NCBI GenBank assembly: GCA_963975985.1
Contig: CAXBIY010000003.1
Span: forward strand, 129,539 to 193,538
Direction: 5' to 3'
DNA from: an uncultured Gammaproteobacteria bacterium
GTDB taxonomy: Bacteria; Pseudomonadota; Gammaproteobacteria; JABDGN01
DNA: 64,000 nt
Under the pieces are notes generated by a model. The model was not told where the DNA came from. It worked only from the letters and a program-made list of their open reading frames with translations, and searched no databases. The first letter of the stretch is position 1. The number at the start of each line of letters is the position of its first letter. The position numbers and the translations under genes were made by a program. Positions 9,966-18,973 of this stretch are shown piece by piece.

Positions 9966-11351
9966 ATGGGCCCAGTAAGACTTCCTATTAAGGATGCTAT
10001 TGATAAGCATTTGCCTACATTTGCTCAATCTCACCACCCCGCAATAGTAAATGAGCATTTTCTAATTCCTAGCAAACAATGGTTCAGATGGCATCTGCAT
10101 GAATTAGCTTTGTCAGAATGTGATTTGACTACTGAAACACCTACGTTTGAAGAAACACCTGAGATAGGTTCTCGTAGTGAAAAACAATGGACTGACTTCT
10201 TTTCACATTTATTCGCCAGCCAAATATTTTTGCGACAATATAAAGGTGCCTTACCAGACAAAAGCAAACTAAGCGGCAATCCTAACGCTAATCTCCACCA
10301 ATTATTAGAAGCCATTAAACTTGAAGAAACTTACTTAACAAAACCTTTGCCTGGCATTCCTGATGATTGGCCTGCTTATGAAAAGAGAAAACGCGGTAAA
10401 CAAGAGAGAAGCGCTCCTATTATTGAAGAGTTAAGAGCAAACCATTTACTGACTAGCTCACCCTTTCGGCTTATGTTTCAACATCACTTGAGTCAAGCGT
10501 CAGTCATTGCTATTGAAAAAAATACTCGACCTGGTAATCATGACGTGATCTCATTACCTCGCGATCTAGTACAACAACCACCTGGTCATGACGTACTCGA
10601 TGCTGTTAGCGCGCGTAGACAAAAAGAAGCTGATGAAGGAAAAACGCCATACCCTGTGGCACCTGAAAGCTATTTGCCCACAGCACTAGAACAAGACCCA
10701 TTGGTCCACACTCTCAGGCAACAATACATACAACCCACACCACGCTTGCCATTGGTACTAGGTGTCGATAACAAGTACCACCCCGCCTACCGCCGCCATG
10801 ATGTTAGCTTGCTAATGGAATTAGCGCTCTCAAAACCACTCACCTATGAAAGCAAAAAACTTATCATGCTGTGTATAGAGTTAGGCGACCTCAGCGCATT
10901 AATGCTTTATGGCGAATTATTGAAATACCAAACCACTGCTATTCTAACTGTTCTTGATGGCGGTGAAACACTATTGACTTGCCCATGGTATTTAATGCCT
11001 TTATGGCTAAAACTAAACAAGACAGCAAATGCTTCTGCCACAGGAGAAATCGATATACCAGCCATGAAGCAAGAACTACAAACATCTCTCGATCTAACAC
11101 TTGCTATGATTGACAGACACATCGAAACCCAGGCATCTGATAACTATAAAACCTTTCTCAATACGAAGTTTATGCCTAGAATTCATTGGTGGCTTAAATC
11201 GGTTCATCCCAAAAAAGATGACGACAGAAAAAGTAAACTTGGATTCAATGCGGCAATGCCTGATGATGAGCTTTTACGCCAACTCACACCAGAATTTTTA
11301 GATGCATTGCTAGCACGTTTCACATCTAAGGATGGAAAGGTCTACATGTAA
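9966..11351 (+). CDS. Hypothetical protein (461 aa)
   Basis: Long uninterrupted ORF with no signal peptide and no family motifs; follows a MITE. Confidence 0.4.
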   Translation: MGPVRLPIKDAIDKHLPTFAQSHHPAIVNEHFLIPSKQWFRWHLHELALSECDLTTETPTFEETPEIGSRSEKQWTDFFSHLFASQIFLRQYKGALPDKSKLSGNPNANLHQLLEAIKLEETYLTKPLPGIPDDWPAYEKRKRGKQERSAPIIEELRANHLLTSSPFRLMFQHHLSQASVIAIEKNTRPGNHDVISLPRDLVQQPPGHDVLDAVSARRQKEADEGKTPYPVAPESYLPTALEQDPLVHTLRQQYIQPTPRLPLVLGVDNKYHPAYRRHDVSLLMELALSKPLTYESKKLIMLCIELGDLSALMLYGELLKYQTTAILTVLDGGETLLTCPWYLMPLWLKLNKTANASATGEIDIPAMKQELQTSLDLTLAMIDRHIETQASDNYKTFLNTKFMPRIHWWLKSVHPKKDDDRKSKLGFNAAMPDDELLRQLTPEFLDALLARFTSKDGKVYM

Positions 11352-11384
11352 AGTAGTTTTCAAAACATCTTAAGAAACGATGAG

Positions 11385-12035
11385 CTAGCCCTCATGACTA
11401 TAATACTGCACACCAATTTTGATAACAGATCTATCGTTCTTCTTACGCCATTTATTCGTGTCTCGTAATGAATACACACATCCACAATATTCTTGCTGAT
11501 AAAACTTTTCATCTTTCGAAATTTCTATCATGCGGGCAGAACCACCGTGTTTGCGCCAGTTGTAAGTCCAATACGTCATGTCAGGATATTTAGCAGCAGA
11601 TTGTTCGCCGCTCGTATTGATTTGATTCATGTCTTTCCAACGTGAAATACCGAGGCTGCTAGAAATAACAGGGAAACCATGTTCGTGGGCATACAATGCG
11701 GTGCGATCAAAACGCATGTCGAAACACATGCTGCAACGAATGCCGCGTTCGGGTTCGTCTTCCATGCCTTTGGCTCTTGCAAACCAATTGTCGGTATCGT
11801 AATCGGCATCGACGAAGGGGATGTTGTGCTTATCGGCAAATTCGATGTTTTCATCTTTGCGGAGCAAGTATTCTTTTTCGGGGTGAATGTTGGGGTTGTA
11901 GAAAAAGATTGTGTAATCAATTTCGGATTCGATTAAGCGCAGCATCACTTCGCCAGAACATGGGGCACAGCAGGAATGCAATAAGAGCTTATCGGCGCCG
12001 TCAGGGAGTTCTAATTTCGGTATGGGTTTTGACAT
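11385..12035 (-). CDS. queH: Epoxyqueuosine reductase QueH (DUF208)
   Basis: '[11 protein letters not shown]' N-terminal signature and multiple conserved Cys. Confidence 0.75.
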   Translation of the reverse strand: MSKPIPKLELPDGADKLLLHSCCAPCSGEVMLRLIESEIDYTIFFYNPNIHPEKEYLLRKDENIEFADKHNIPFVDADYDTDNWFARAKGMEDEPERGIRCSMCFDMRFDRTALYAHEHGFPVISSSLGISRWKDMNQINTSGEQSAAKYPDMTYWTYNWRKHGGSARMIEISKDEKFYQQEYCGCVYSLRDTNKWRKKNDRSVIKIGVQYYSHEG

Positions 12036-12066
12036 GGTCAGTATATTACCAACTTTTCCATCACAG

Positions 12067-12480
12067 TCAACCGAGTATTTTTAAGGTCATGCTCAGAGGG
12101 AAATCTTGTATTTTCCCCCCATTAGTAATCAGCAAGACTTGTGAAACAGTGGTGATTTTACTGACGCTCAAGGTATATTTTAAGATACACGAAGCGTTTG
12201 CGGCTAATTTAGCAGGGCAATTATTAGCAATCGTGGTATCACGAACCAGTGGCGTTATAAAACCGGCAACATCTACCGGTGAAGTGATGGATAAATTATT
12301 TTTGATTAAATATTCGAAGGTATACGTCCTCCCCACATAGCCATCACAACTTAATTGATTCTTGGTTACTGTGCACTCCGCTGGTACTTGATAAAACGAC
12401 ACAACTAAGGGTTCTTTAGCCGCAAATGCAGTCGATAGTACCAATAAATTTAACACAACAACTTTAATAAAACATCGCAT
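12067..12480 (-). CDS. Secreted single-domain protein, paralog of the N-terminal domain of the 736-aa protein
   Basis: Signal peptide ...[10 protein letters not shown]; aligns residue-by-residue with aa 24-135 of the 13992-16202 product (AAKEPLxV..C..YVG..Y..EYL..NNL..TSP....GF.TP.VRD....NNC.A.LAA.A.CILKYT); conserved Cys pair. Confidence 0.5.
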   Translation of the reverse strand: MRCFIKVVVLNLLVLSTAFAAKEPLVVSFYQVPAECTVTKNQLSCDGYVGRTYTFEYLIKNNLSITSPVDVAGFITPLVRDTTIANNCPAKLAANASCILKYTLSVSKITTVSQVLLITNGGKIQDFPLSMTLKILG

Positions 12481-12494
12481 TCGGTGTCTCCTAA

Positions 12495-13262
12495 TTAATA
12501 ATGCCCAAAGGTATAAGTAAAGCCGAATAACCAGACATTCGTGGCTAAATGCTGGCCAGGGCCCCTGCCCGTGCTACCGGATGCTGTTTCGGCAGAGCCT
12601 AAATAGGCATCACCTAAATCACTATATTCATAGCCAGTATAAAGTGTCATGAGAGGCGTTACGTGATAATCCAAACCTAAACCCACACGCCATGCAAAAT
12701 TAGCTGTCGTTTTATTAGCATAAACTAAACCTGGCTGCACAATGGGAGCCTTTGGCGTTGCGATATAACCGGAAGCCATGTTTTGACTAAAGCCTAAACC
12801 TGCTGAAATATAAGGCGCTAAACCATGCCATTCGACAATATCGGTTTTCACTGAAGCAAACAATTGCCAACTTTTAATATTGTACTGATAACTGTAATTA
12901 TTGAATTCAGGTAATTGAAATTCTAAGTAGTCATTGCCATTGACATTCGCGTTAGCTTGATTCGCAAAAGTAATGCCCAGGTTTATATAGGGGAACCAGA
13001 AATGTTTCATGCCAATTTGATAGCCTGCACTGAGTTCAGTCTCCAGCACGCCACTGCTAACATGAGCCGCACTGTAGTGATCGGTCTGAAAGCCCGGCAC
13101 AACATTGATATCACCCGCACCCGGCTGTGAGTAATACGCAACACCGACTCCCAGATCAAGATAAAAGCCCGATTGCGGATCAGTCGTGGCATCTGCTGTC
13201 ATAAAACCAATAAGTAACAGCACTAGTGTGCTAAAGCGGACAAGTAAACAACGTTTTTGCAT
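12495..13262 (-). CDS. Outer-membrane beta-barrel (porin-like) protein, paralog B
   Basis: Signal peptide; alternating Gly/Tyr-rich beta-strand pattern; C-terminal 'WLFGFTYTFGHY'; strongly similar to the 16214-17002 product; GGAGA RBS. Confidence 0.55.
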   Translation of the reverse strand: MQKRCLLVRFSTLVLLLIGFMTADATTDPQSGFYLDLGVGVAYYSQPGAGDINVVPGFQTDHYSAAHVSSGVLETELSAGYQIGMKHFWFPYINLGITFANQANANVNGNDYLEFQLPEFNNYSYQYNIKSWQLFASVKTDIVEWHGLAPYISAGLGFSQNMASGYIATPKAPIVQPGLVYANKTTANFAWRVGLGLDYHVTPLMTLYTGYEYSDLGDAYLGSAETASGSTGRGPGQHLATNVWLFGFTYTFGHY

Positions 13263-13350
13263 TAGTATGTCTCCAATACATCGAGCAGGCAATTAACGCG
13301 AACATACCATGGTTAGGCTTAAAAAACTACAGCCCGTACACTCGAGTACC

Positions 13351-13989
13351 TTATCCCAACAACTTTTGTGCAACTGTCAACCAAGCAGGAAAATCCACCG
13401 TGGGATGCCCTTTTCGACTGACAGGAATTGTTAATGGCACCAGCTCTTTCACAATGAATTGTCCTTGCAGCATGTCGGCAAGTTCTAAAAAACTTAGGCT
13501 GCCAGGAATTTTAACGCCAGTTTTGGCTTGCACTAATAAATCGGCATCGCGATCGCAGGTCATGTTAATCCATAAACCGTCATCGACGAGATGCTCATGA
13601 ATCAAACGGGCAAAATGTCGTCGCCCTTCTGCATTTTTAATGGTGTGTGCGCAAGCAATGTCATAGGCGATATCGTACTGCCCTAACTGCTGGTGTTGTT
13701 GCGTAAAGTTTAAGGTTTGAAAATTCACATCGGGGCCGTTAGTTTTCGCTGTGGCAATAGCTGTTGCTGATTCATCACAAGCTAAAATATTTTGGTAACC
13801 TTGTGTGGCCAATGCTTTTGCTTCTACGCCATAACCGCAACCGACTTCCAGTATCTTCGCATCTTTATCGACGATACGCTCGAACAACTGCAACACGGGT
13901 TGATGGGGCTCTGCATGTTTCCACGGTGTGTCGCCTTGCTGGTAATTGTCTTCCCAATCGCGGGTTTGGTTAATAGTTGTATTCATCAT
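13351..13989 (-). CDS. Class I SAM-dependent methyltransferase, TPMT/TehB-like
   Basis: 'W..NYQQGDTPW' TPMT-type N-terminus and 'ILEVGCGYGVEA' SAM motif I. Confidence 0.65.
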   Translation of the reverse strand: MMNTTINQTRDWEDNYQQGDTPWKHAEPHQPVLQLFERIVDKDAKILEVGCGYGVEAKALATQGYQNILACDESATAIATAKTNGPDVNFQTLNFTQQHQQLGQYDIAYDIACAHTIKNAEGRRHFARLIHEHLVDDGLWINMTCDRDADLLVQAKTGVKIPGSLSFLELADMLQGQFIVKELVPLTIPVSRKGHPTVDFPAWLTVAQKLLG

Positions 13990-13991
13990 AT

Positions 13992-16202
13992 TTAAGGTAA
14001 CTCTGAAATCGCTAAACCTTGTGTCGTGTAAATAGCATTTGTAGAAGCGCTACTATAAAGAAAACCATCGCTTGCCCATAGACCTGACGTCCTATTCCCA
14101 ATATTAGAATTACTGCCAGTGTAAACCAGCATTGAAGTAATTTTCCCATCACTGCCTAACGTGCAAACAGCAAATCCTACTTGACTAAATCCAACATACA
14201 AGTAGTCACCTGCTTGTGTCAAACTAGTTATCCCAACGTTATTATAAGGCAGAGCAAATGGTGTTTCAGAAGTAACCGTATCAGTATAAAACAACCATGT
14301 TGAATCAGGTAAATCATCGGCGCCCAAGTGTACCAGACCCAACCCTTTTTCAGTACCCACATACAAATAGTTGCCTATCCGAATCGCTCCATTAACATCA
14401 TAAGCGCTGACCGCTGATGGCCAACCAGTTGTTGTATTATCATATTTTGTCCAATCCTGAGTTACTGCACCCGTATCACTAATCGTGGCTGCATAAAAAC
14501 CCTTATCCCGTGTACCGACATACCACGCATTCCCGGTAATATAATTCACATAAGAATCAATCGAAGCATCAGCTGGAAAATTGAAATCACCGGTGGAGCC
14601 TGAGTTAGCATATAGATTCCAAGATGCATTAACCAAGCCTGTGCCTGAATCAACTGTGGCTGTATTAGCACCACCACCACCATTCCAGGCCTTAGTAATC
14701 GCGATATAATTATTATGTCGCACGACAGTGGTAACTTTCACACCGCTCAATATATTAAAACCACCCGTTGAAGTACCAGCACTATTTGTATATTTACTCC
14801 ACGTTGTTGGCACACCTTCAATCAACGACGTTGTATTAACACCAGCGTCATTTGCGACATATAAATGATCAGACTCATCAATGGTAACACCCTTCACAGA
14901 AGCTGAATTTAAATCACCACCAGTAGTGTCGTAAGTCGTCCAATCACTAGTGACTTCACTAGTTGTCGCATCAACCGGGGCAACAGCTAAACCTGAGTTA
15001 CTCGTTCCCACATACAAATAATCACCATGGCGAGCAACTGTAGTCACAGAAGTATTATTGTCACCTGGTAGCGGATGTGTTCCGTCACCATTTTCGTATA
15101 AGAATTTTTGCAAATCGCTATTAATCACATTAAACTCAGGTTCTACCGTAATAACATCGTTACCATCAACCTCCACACTTGCAGATACAGTTTGACTACC
15201 TGCCGTGCAATCACCTGATGTGCACTGAAACTGCAAACGCAAGTTACAAGTTGCCTCAGATGCCAAACTTCCTGAGGTTGAACAATCACCCGTTTCACCT
15301 GTTTGTTGCGATAACGCTGTCGCGGCAGAAACCGTATAACTCACCGCATCATCACTTGTATTCTGCATTTGATATAGCACTGTTACAGGTGCTGAATCAC
15401 CAGAAATTTGCTGAACGTGTGTCGCCCATCCACCACTCGGTGCCGTAGGTTCTATTGTTAAGGCCAATGGTGAGCTAGTATCAATAGCTTCCAAATCAAT
15501 ATTTTGTGAAAGCGCTTCATCACCGTCTTTCGTAACATCTAAACTCGTTGAAATGGCACCAACTTCAGTTGGTTGATACTGCAAGATTATCGTGCAAGCA
15601 CTACCCGCAGCTAATGAACCATCACAATCATTTTGCGAAATAGTCAAGCCATGTTCTTCACTGCTCAATGATGCTGAGACAATAGCCGCTGAGCCACCAT
15701 CATTGCTAACGGTATACGTAAATTCGTTATCCGTACCCACCTCTACGGTATCGGGCAAAGTTGGTGAGTCCAAAAAACTCAAAGCAGAAGGTGATTGCGA
15801 AAGTGTCATAGTCAGAGGAAATTGCTGCACTCTACCACTGTTACTGATATGCAAAATCTGACTCACGTTTCGTGCACTAGAAGACGTCACTGTATATTTG
15901 AGTATACACTCAGCACCTGCTGCTAATGTTGCTTGACAATTATTAACCACGTTGACATCACGCACCATAGGCGTTGAAAAACCGCTAATCTTAATAGGTG
16001 ATGTTGTAGGCAAATTATTGTGAACCAAATATTCAATGCTATATTCATTACCGACTGTACCGCTACAAGTTGCATTTGCACCACTGGTTGTGCAAGTTGT
16101 TGGTAGGCTTTGATACGTCACTTGCAGGGGCTCTTTCGCTGCAAAGGCGGATGTTGTGACAAACATGCTTAAGATAACCAAGCTATAAAATAAACGTTGC
16201 AT
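13992..16202 (-). CDS. Secreted multidomain protein: three Cys-pair Ig-like/beta-sandwich domains followed by a 7-bladed Reg_prop-like beta-propeller
   Basis: Signal peptide MQRLFYSLVILSMFVTTSAFA; three ~100-aa units with motif C...L.AG..C.(I/L).(Y/F); C-terminal half has 7 repeats of '(D/N)YLYVGT..GL.......W..Y(T/D)' like two-component-regulator propeller repeats; ATG at 16202 with AAGGAGA RBS. Confidence 0.55.
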   Translation of the reverse strand: MQRLFYSLVILSMFVTTSAFAAKEPLQVTYQSLPTTCTTSGANATCSGTVGNEYSIEYLVHNNLPTTSPIKISGFSTPMVRDVNVVNNCQATLAAGAECILKYTVTSSSARNVSQILHISNSGRVQQFPLTMTLSQSPSALSFLDSPTLPDTVEVGTDNEFTYTVSNDGGSAAIVSASLSSEEHGLTISQNDCDGSLAAGSACTIILQYQPTEVGAISTSLDVTKDGDEALSQNIDLEAIDTSSPLALTIEPTAPSGGWATHVQQISGDSAPVTVLYQMQNTSDDAVSYTVSAATALSQQTGETGDCSTSGSLASEATCNLRLQFQCTSGDCTAGSQTVSASVEVDGNDVITVEPEFNVINSDLQKFLYENGDGTHPLPGDNNTSVTTVARHGDYLYVGTSNSGLAVAPVDATTSEVTSDWTTYDTTGGDLNSASVKGVTIDESDHLYVANDAGVNTTSLIEGVPTTWSKYTNSAGTSTGGFNILSGVKVTTVVRHNNYIAITKAWNGGGGANTATVDSGTGLVNASWNLYANSGSTGDFNFPADASIDSYVNYITGNAWYVGTRDKGFYAATISDTGAVTQDWTKYDNTTTGWPSAVSAYDVNGAIRIGNYLYVGTEKGLGLVHLGADDLPDSTWLFYTDTVTSETPFALPYNNVGITSLTQAGDYLYVGFSQVGFAVCTLGSDGKITSMLVYTGSNSNIGNRTSGLWASDGFLYSSASTNAIYTTQGLAISELP

Positions 16203-16213
16203 CGACAATCTCC

Positions 16214-17002
16214 TTATTGACCGTGATTAAAATGTTCATGACCAAGCAAATAACTAAACCCAAACAACCATGTGTTAGTAGCTAAATTAGCTTGCCCAGG
16301 GCCTCTACCCGTTTGCCCACTATCAGTAGCGGCACTATCTAAGTAGGCATTACCCAAACCGGAATATTGATAACCAGCATAAACGGTAAACACTTTATTA
16401 ACATGATAATCTAGCCCCAGACCTAAGCGCCATGCAAAATTAGTCGTTGTGTTATTACCATAGGCTAAACCAGGTTGTACGACAGGTGCTTTAGGTGTTG
16501 AAGCATATCCATTAGCCGTGTTTTGATCAACACCTATACCTGCTTCAACATAAGGTGACAATCCATGCCAGTCAACAATATCGGCTTTCACATTCGCAAA
16601 TAATTGCCAAGTGCTTATGCTGTATTGATAACTGTAATTATTAAAATCTGATGATTGAAATTCAAGATAATCATGCCCTTTAACTGTGGCGCTCAATTGT
16701 TGTGAGTAAAGTAATCCAGCTTGAATCAGAGGAAACCAAAACCGTTTTGTGGCCATTTGATAGCCTGTACCCAGCTGATAATTAAATACACCATGGTTTA
16801 CTTTACCCGCACCAAATGCATCGGTTTCAAAATCTGGCACAACATCGACATTGCCTGCTGCCGGGTTCGCATAAAAAGCTTGGCCAGCACCAAAATCGAC
16901 ATAAATGCCTGATACGTTTTGCTGTGCGGCGTTGGCCATAGTTAATGATGATAATAAGCTGGTTAATAAAAATAAACGTGCAAAAAAATGACGCCCGTGC
17001 AT
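16214..17002 (-). CDS. Outer-membrane beta-barrel (porin-like) protein, paralog A
   Basis: Signal peptide MHGRHFFARLFLLTSLLSSLTMANA; long near-identical blocks with paralog B ('YLEFQ...FNNYSYQY...WQLFA.VK.DIV.WHGL.PY..AG.G..QN.A.GY..TPKAP.VQPGL.Y.N.TT.NFAWR.GLGLDYHV'); AGGAGA RBS. Confidence 0.55.
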   Translation of the reverse strand: MHGRHFFARLFLLTSLLSSLTMANAAQQNVSGIYVDFGAGQAFYANPAAGNVDVVPDFETDAFGAGKVNHGVFNYQLGTGYQMATKRFWFPLIQAGLLYSQQLSATVKGHDYLEFQSSDFNNYSYQYSISTWQLFANVKADIVDWHGLSPYVEAGIGVDQNTANGYASTPKAPVVQPGLAYGNNTTTNFAWRLGLGLDYHVNKVFTVYAGYQYSGLGNAYLDSAATDSGQTGRGPGQANLATNTWLFGFSYLLGHEHFNHGQ

Positions 17003-17069
17003 AGCATGTCTCCTTGAGGTTGAGCCGGCAGAAACATACCATGTTTGCACTTAAAAAACTATACGACAT

Positions 17070-17792
17070 TTACCCCAGCACTTCTGCGAATAGCTGTGCT
17101 GCGTAATTCCAAGTGCGTTCGCAAGCGACTTCGTTATAAACACGGCCCATTTCAGGTGCACCAATCAAAGCCGCATCAGGGTCGGTAAAGGCATGTTTTG
17201 TGTGACCAAAATATAGCATCTGCCAATCGACGTCGGCATCATTCATTTCTTTTTTAAAGTCCGCTAATTGTTCTGCCGATATTTGAGGATCATCATAACC
17301 ATGCAACGCCAACACTTTGGCTGTTATCGTTTCGTTAGGAATGTTTTCCGGTTTCATCAACACACCGTGCGCACTCACCATGGCTTTTATGTCGGCACCA
17401 CTGCGTGCCAAATCTAGACCGCACAAACCACCTAAGCAAAAACCGATAGCGGCCATTTTATTGGCATCAACCACATCTAGTTCACGCGCAGTTTCAAAAC
17501 CTAACATCGCTCGCGCTCTCGTTAACTCCCGATTCTCTAATAAGGGCATTAATGCCGCCATACATTCATCCATCGTGGTGCAATCTTTTCCCTCACCATA
17601 CATATCAACCACAAATGCGGCATAGCCTACTCGCACTAAACATTTAGCATTATCCATCGTCACACGATTCATGCCTTCCATCGCATGAAACAATAAGACG
17701 CAGGGCTGTTTACCATCAACAGCATCATCGTAGAATAATTGCCCAATATAATTCGTCTCACCATCAGAATATTTCACTTCTTGCTGCTGCAT
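17070..17792 (-). CDS. Dienelactone hydrolase family protein
   Basis: 'AIGFCLGG' G-x-C-x-G-G nucleophile motif and DLH-like length; start at MQQQEV (ATG 17792, GGAGG RBS). Confidence 0.65.
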   Translation of the reverse strand: MQQQEVKYSDGETNYIGQLFYDDAVDGKQPCVLLFHAMEGMNRVTMDNAKCLVRVGYAAFVVDMYGEGKDCTTMDECMAALMPLLENRELTRARAMLGFETARELDVVDANKMAAIGFCLGGLCGLDLARSGADIKAMVSAHGVLMKPENIPNETITAKVLALHGYDDPQISAEQLADFKKEMNDADVDWQMLYFGHTKHAFTDPDAALIGAPEMGRVYNEVACERTWNYAAQLFAEVLG

Positions 17793-17829
17793 GTTGCACC
17801 TCCTAGATAATGCGGTATAGTTCAAAGCT

Positions 17830-18861
17830 ATGAGAAAGATTAGCACAGTTATTTTATTAACGTTATCAATTATTGGGCATGCCAATAATTTACCCAACAT
17901 TAAACCTGCACCTTTACACCGAGGCGATGAAGTCGGATTAATCTCCAGCGGTTTTCGTGCCTCAAATATTGATATTACCTATGCTAAGCAACGTTTACAT
18001 GCTTTAGGATTGAAGGTTGTGCTGGGTGATAATATTCATAAACGTGCGGGCTATTTTGCCGGCACCGATTTAGAACGCGCGCATGATATTAATACAATGT
18101 TCGCTAATCCACGCATTAAAGCCATTTTTGAAATACGCGGTGGTTGGGGCAGCCAGCGTGTGCTGCCATTAATTGATTTTGATAATATTAAAAAACACCC
18201 CAAAATATTTGTTGGATTTAGTGATATTACGTCACTGTTACTCGCGATTCACGCCAAAACGGGGTTGATTACCTTTCATGGCCCAATGGGTATTGAACCT
18301 TGGCCGGCTTTTACTGTCGATAATCTAAAGCAAGTGTTGTTTGAAGGTAAAGCGCTTACGTTTAAAAATCCTAAGCCGAAAATAGACAAACAAGTTGATA
18401 ATATTAAAACCGATAGTTATGAAACGCATGTCGTACGATCAGGCACAGCTACTGGCAAATTGTTAGGTGGTAATCTAACGGTGTTAACCGCCCTGCTTTC
18501 AACACAATACCAGCCCGACTGGAAAGAAAGCATTTTATTCGTAGAAGATGTCGGCGTGAGTTATTACCAGATTGATCGCATGTTAGCGCAACTACAATCA
18601 GCCGGTGTGTTAAAACAAATTAAAGGGTTTGTGTTTGGTGAATGCACGGGCTGTCATAAAGCCAATGCGGATGGCTATGATTTGCAGCAAGTGTTAGATG
18701 AGTATATTAAACCACTGCATATTCCCGCTTATTCTGGCGCGACGTTTGGGCATGAGCCGATGAACTTTACGTTGCCTGAGGGAACTAAAGTGAAGCTTAA
18801 TGCAGGTGAGCGGACGATAAAGATGCTGGCGCCAGCTGTTTTATCGCCAGCCTCCTCCTAA
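17830..18861 (+). CDS. ldcA: LD-carboxypeptidase (peptidase S66, LdcA-like), with signal peptide
   Basis: 'VGFSDITSLL' Ser-nucleophile motif; S66 length. Confidence 0.7.
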   Translation: MRKISTVILLTLSIIGHANNLPNIKPAPLHRGDEVGLISSGFRASNIDITYAKQRLHALGLKVVLGDNIHKRAGYFAGTDLERAHDINTMFANPRIKAIFEIRGGWGSQRVLPLIDFDNIKKHPKIFVGFSDITSLLLAIHAKTGLITFHGPMGIEPWPAFTVDNLKQVLFEGKALTFKNPKPKIDKQVDNIKTDSYETHVVRSGTATGKLLGGNLTVLTALLSTQYQPDWKESILFVEDVGVSYYQIDRMLAQLQSAGVLKQIKGFVFGECTGCHKANADGYDLQQVLDEYIKPLHIPAYSGATFGHEPMNFTLPEGTKVKLNAGERTIKMLAPAVLSPASS

Positions 18862-18862
18862 G

Positions 18863-18973
18863 TAGGGTGGATAAAAGTTCGTGCGGCAGCACGGACATAT
18901 CCACCATTCAAACGTTGACTTAACACCGCTGGTGGATATGTCCGGCTTTCAGCCGAACTTTTACCCACCCTAC
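18863..18973. repeat. MITE-like palindromic element (copy 2, complete)
   Basis: 111 bp; TIRs GTAGGGTGGATAAAAGTTCG / CGAACTTTTACCCACCCTAC; internal IR GGACATATCCACCA...GCTGGTGGATATGTCC; sits exactly between convergent ldcA and ABC-F stops. Confidence 0.7.

Noticed and set aside
11696-12340. 214-aa plus-strand ORF and other 60-100-aa ORFs opposite queH (11627..11920, 11679..11936)
   Set aside because: Entirely antisense to the well-supported queH and N-domain genes; Cys/Arg-rich low-complexity translation typical of shadow ORFs.
12495-17002. Assigning the two barrel paralogs to the Legionella MOMP (PF05150) family
   Set aside because: Remembered MOMP sequence features (Cys-rich N-terminus) do not match; kept as generic porin-like beta-barrels.
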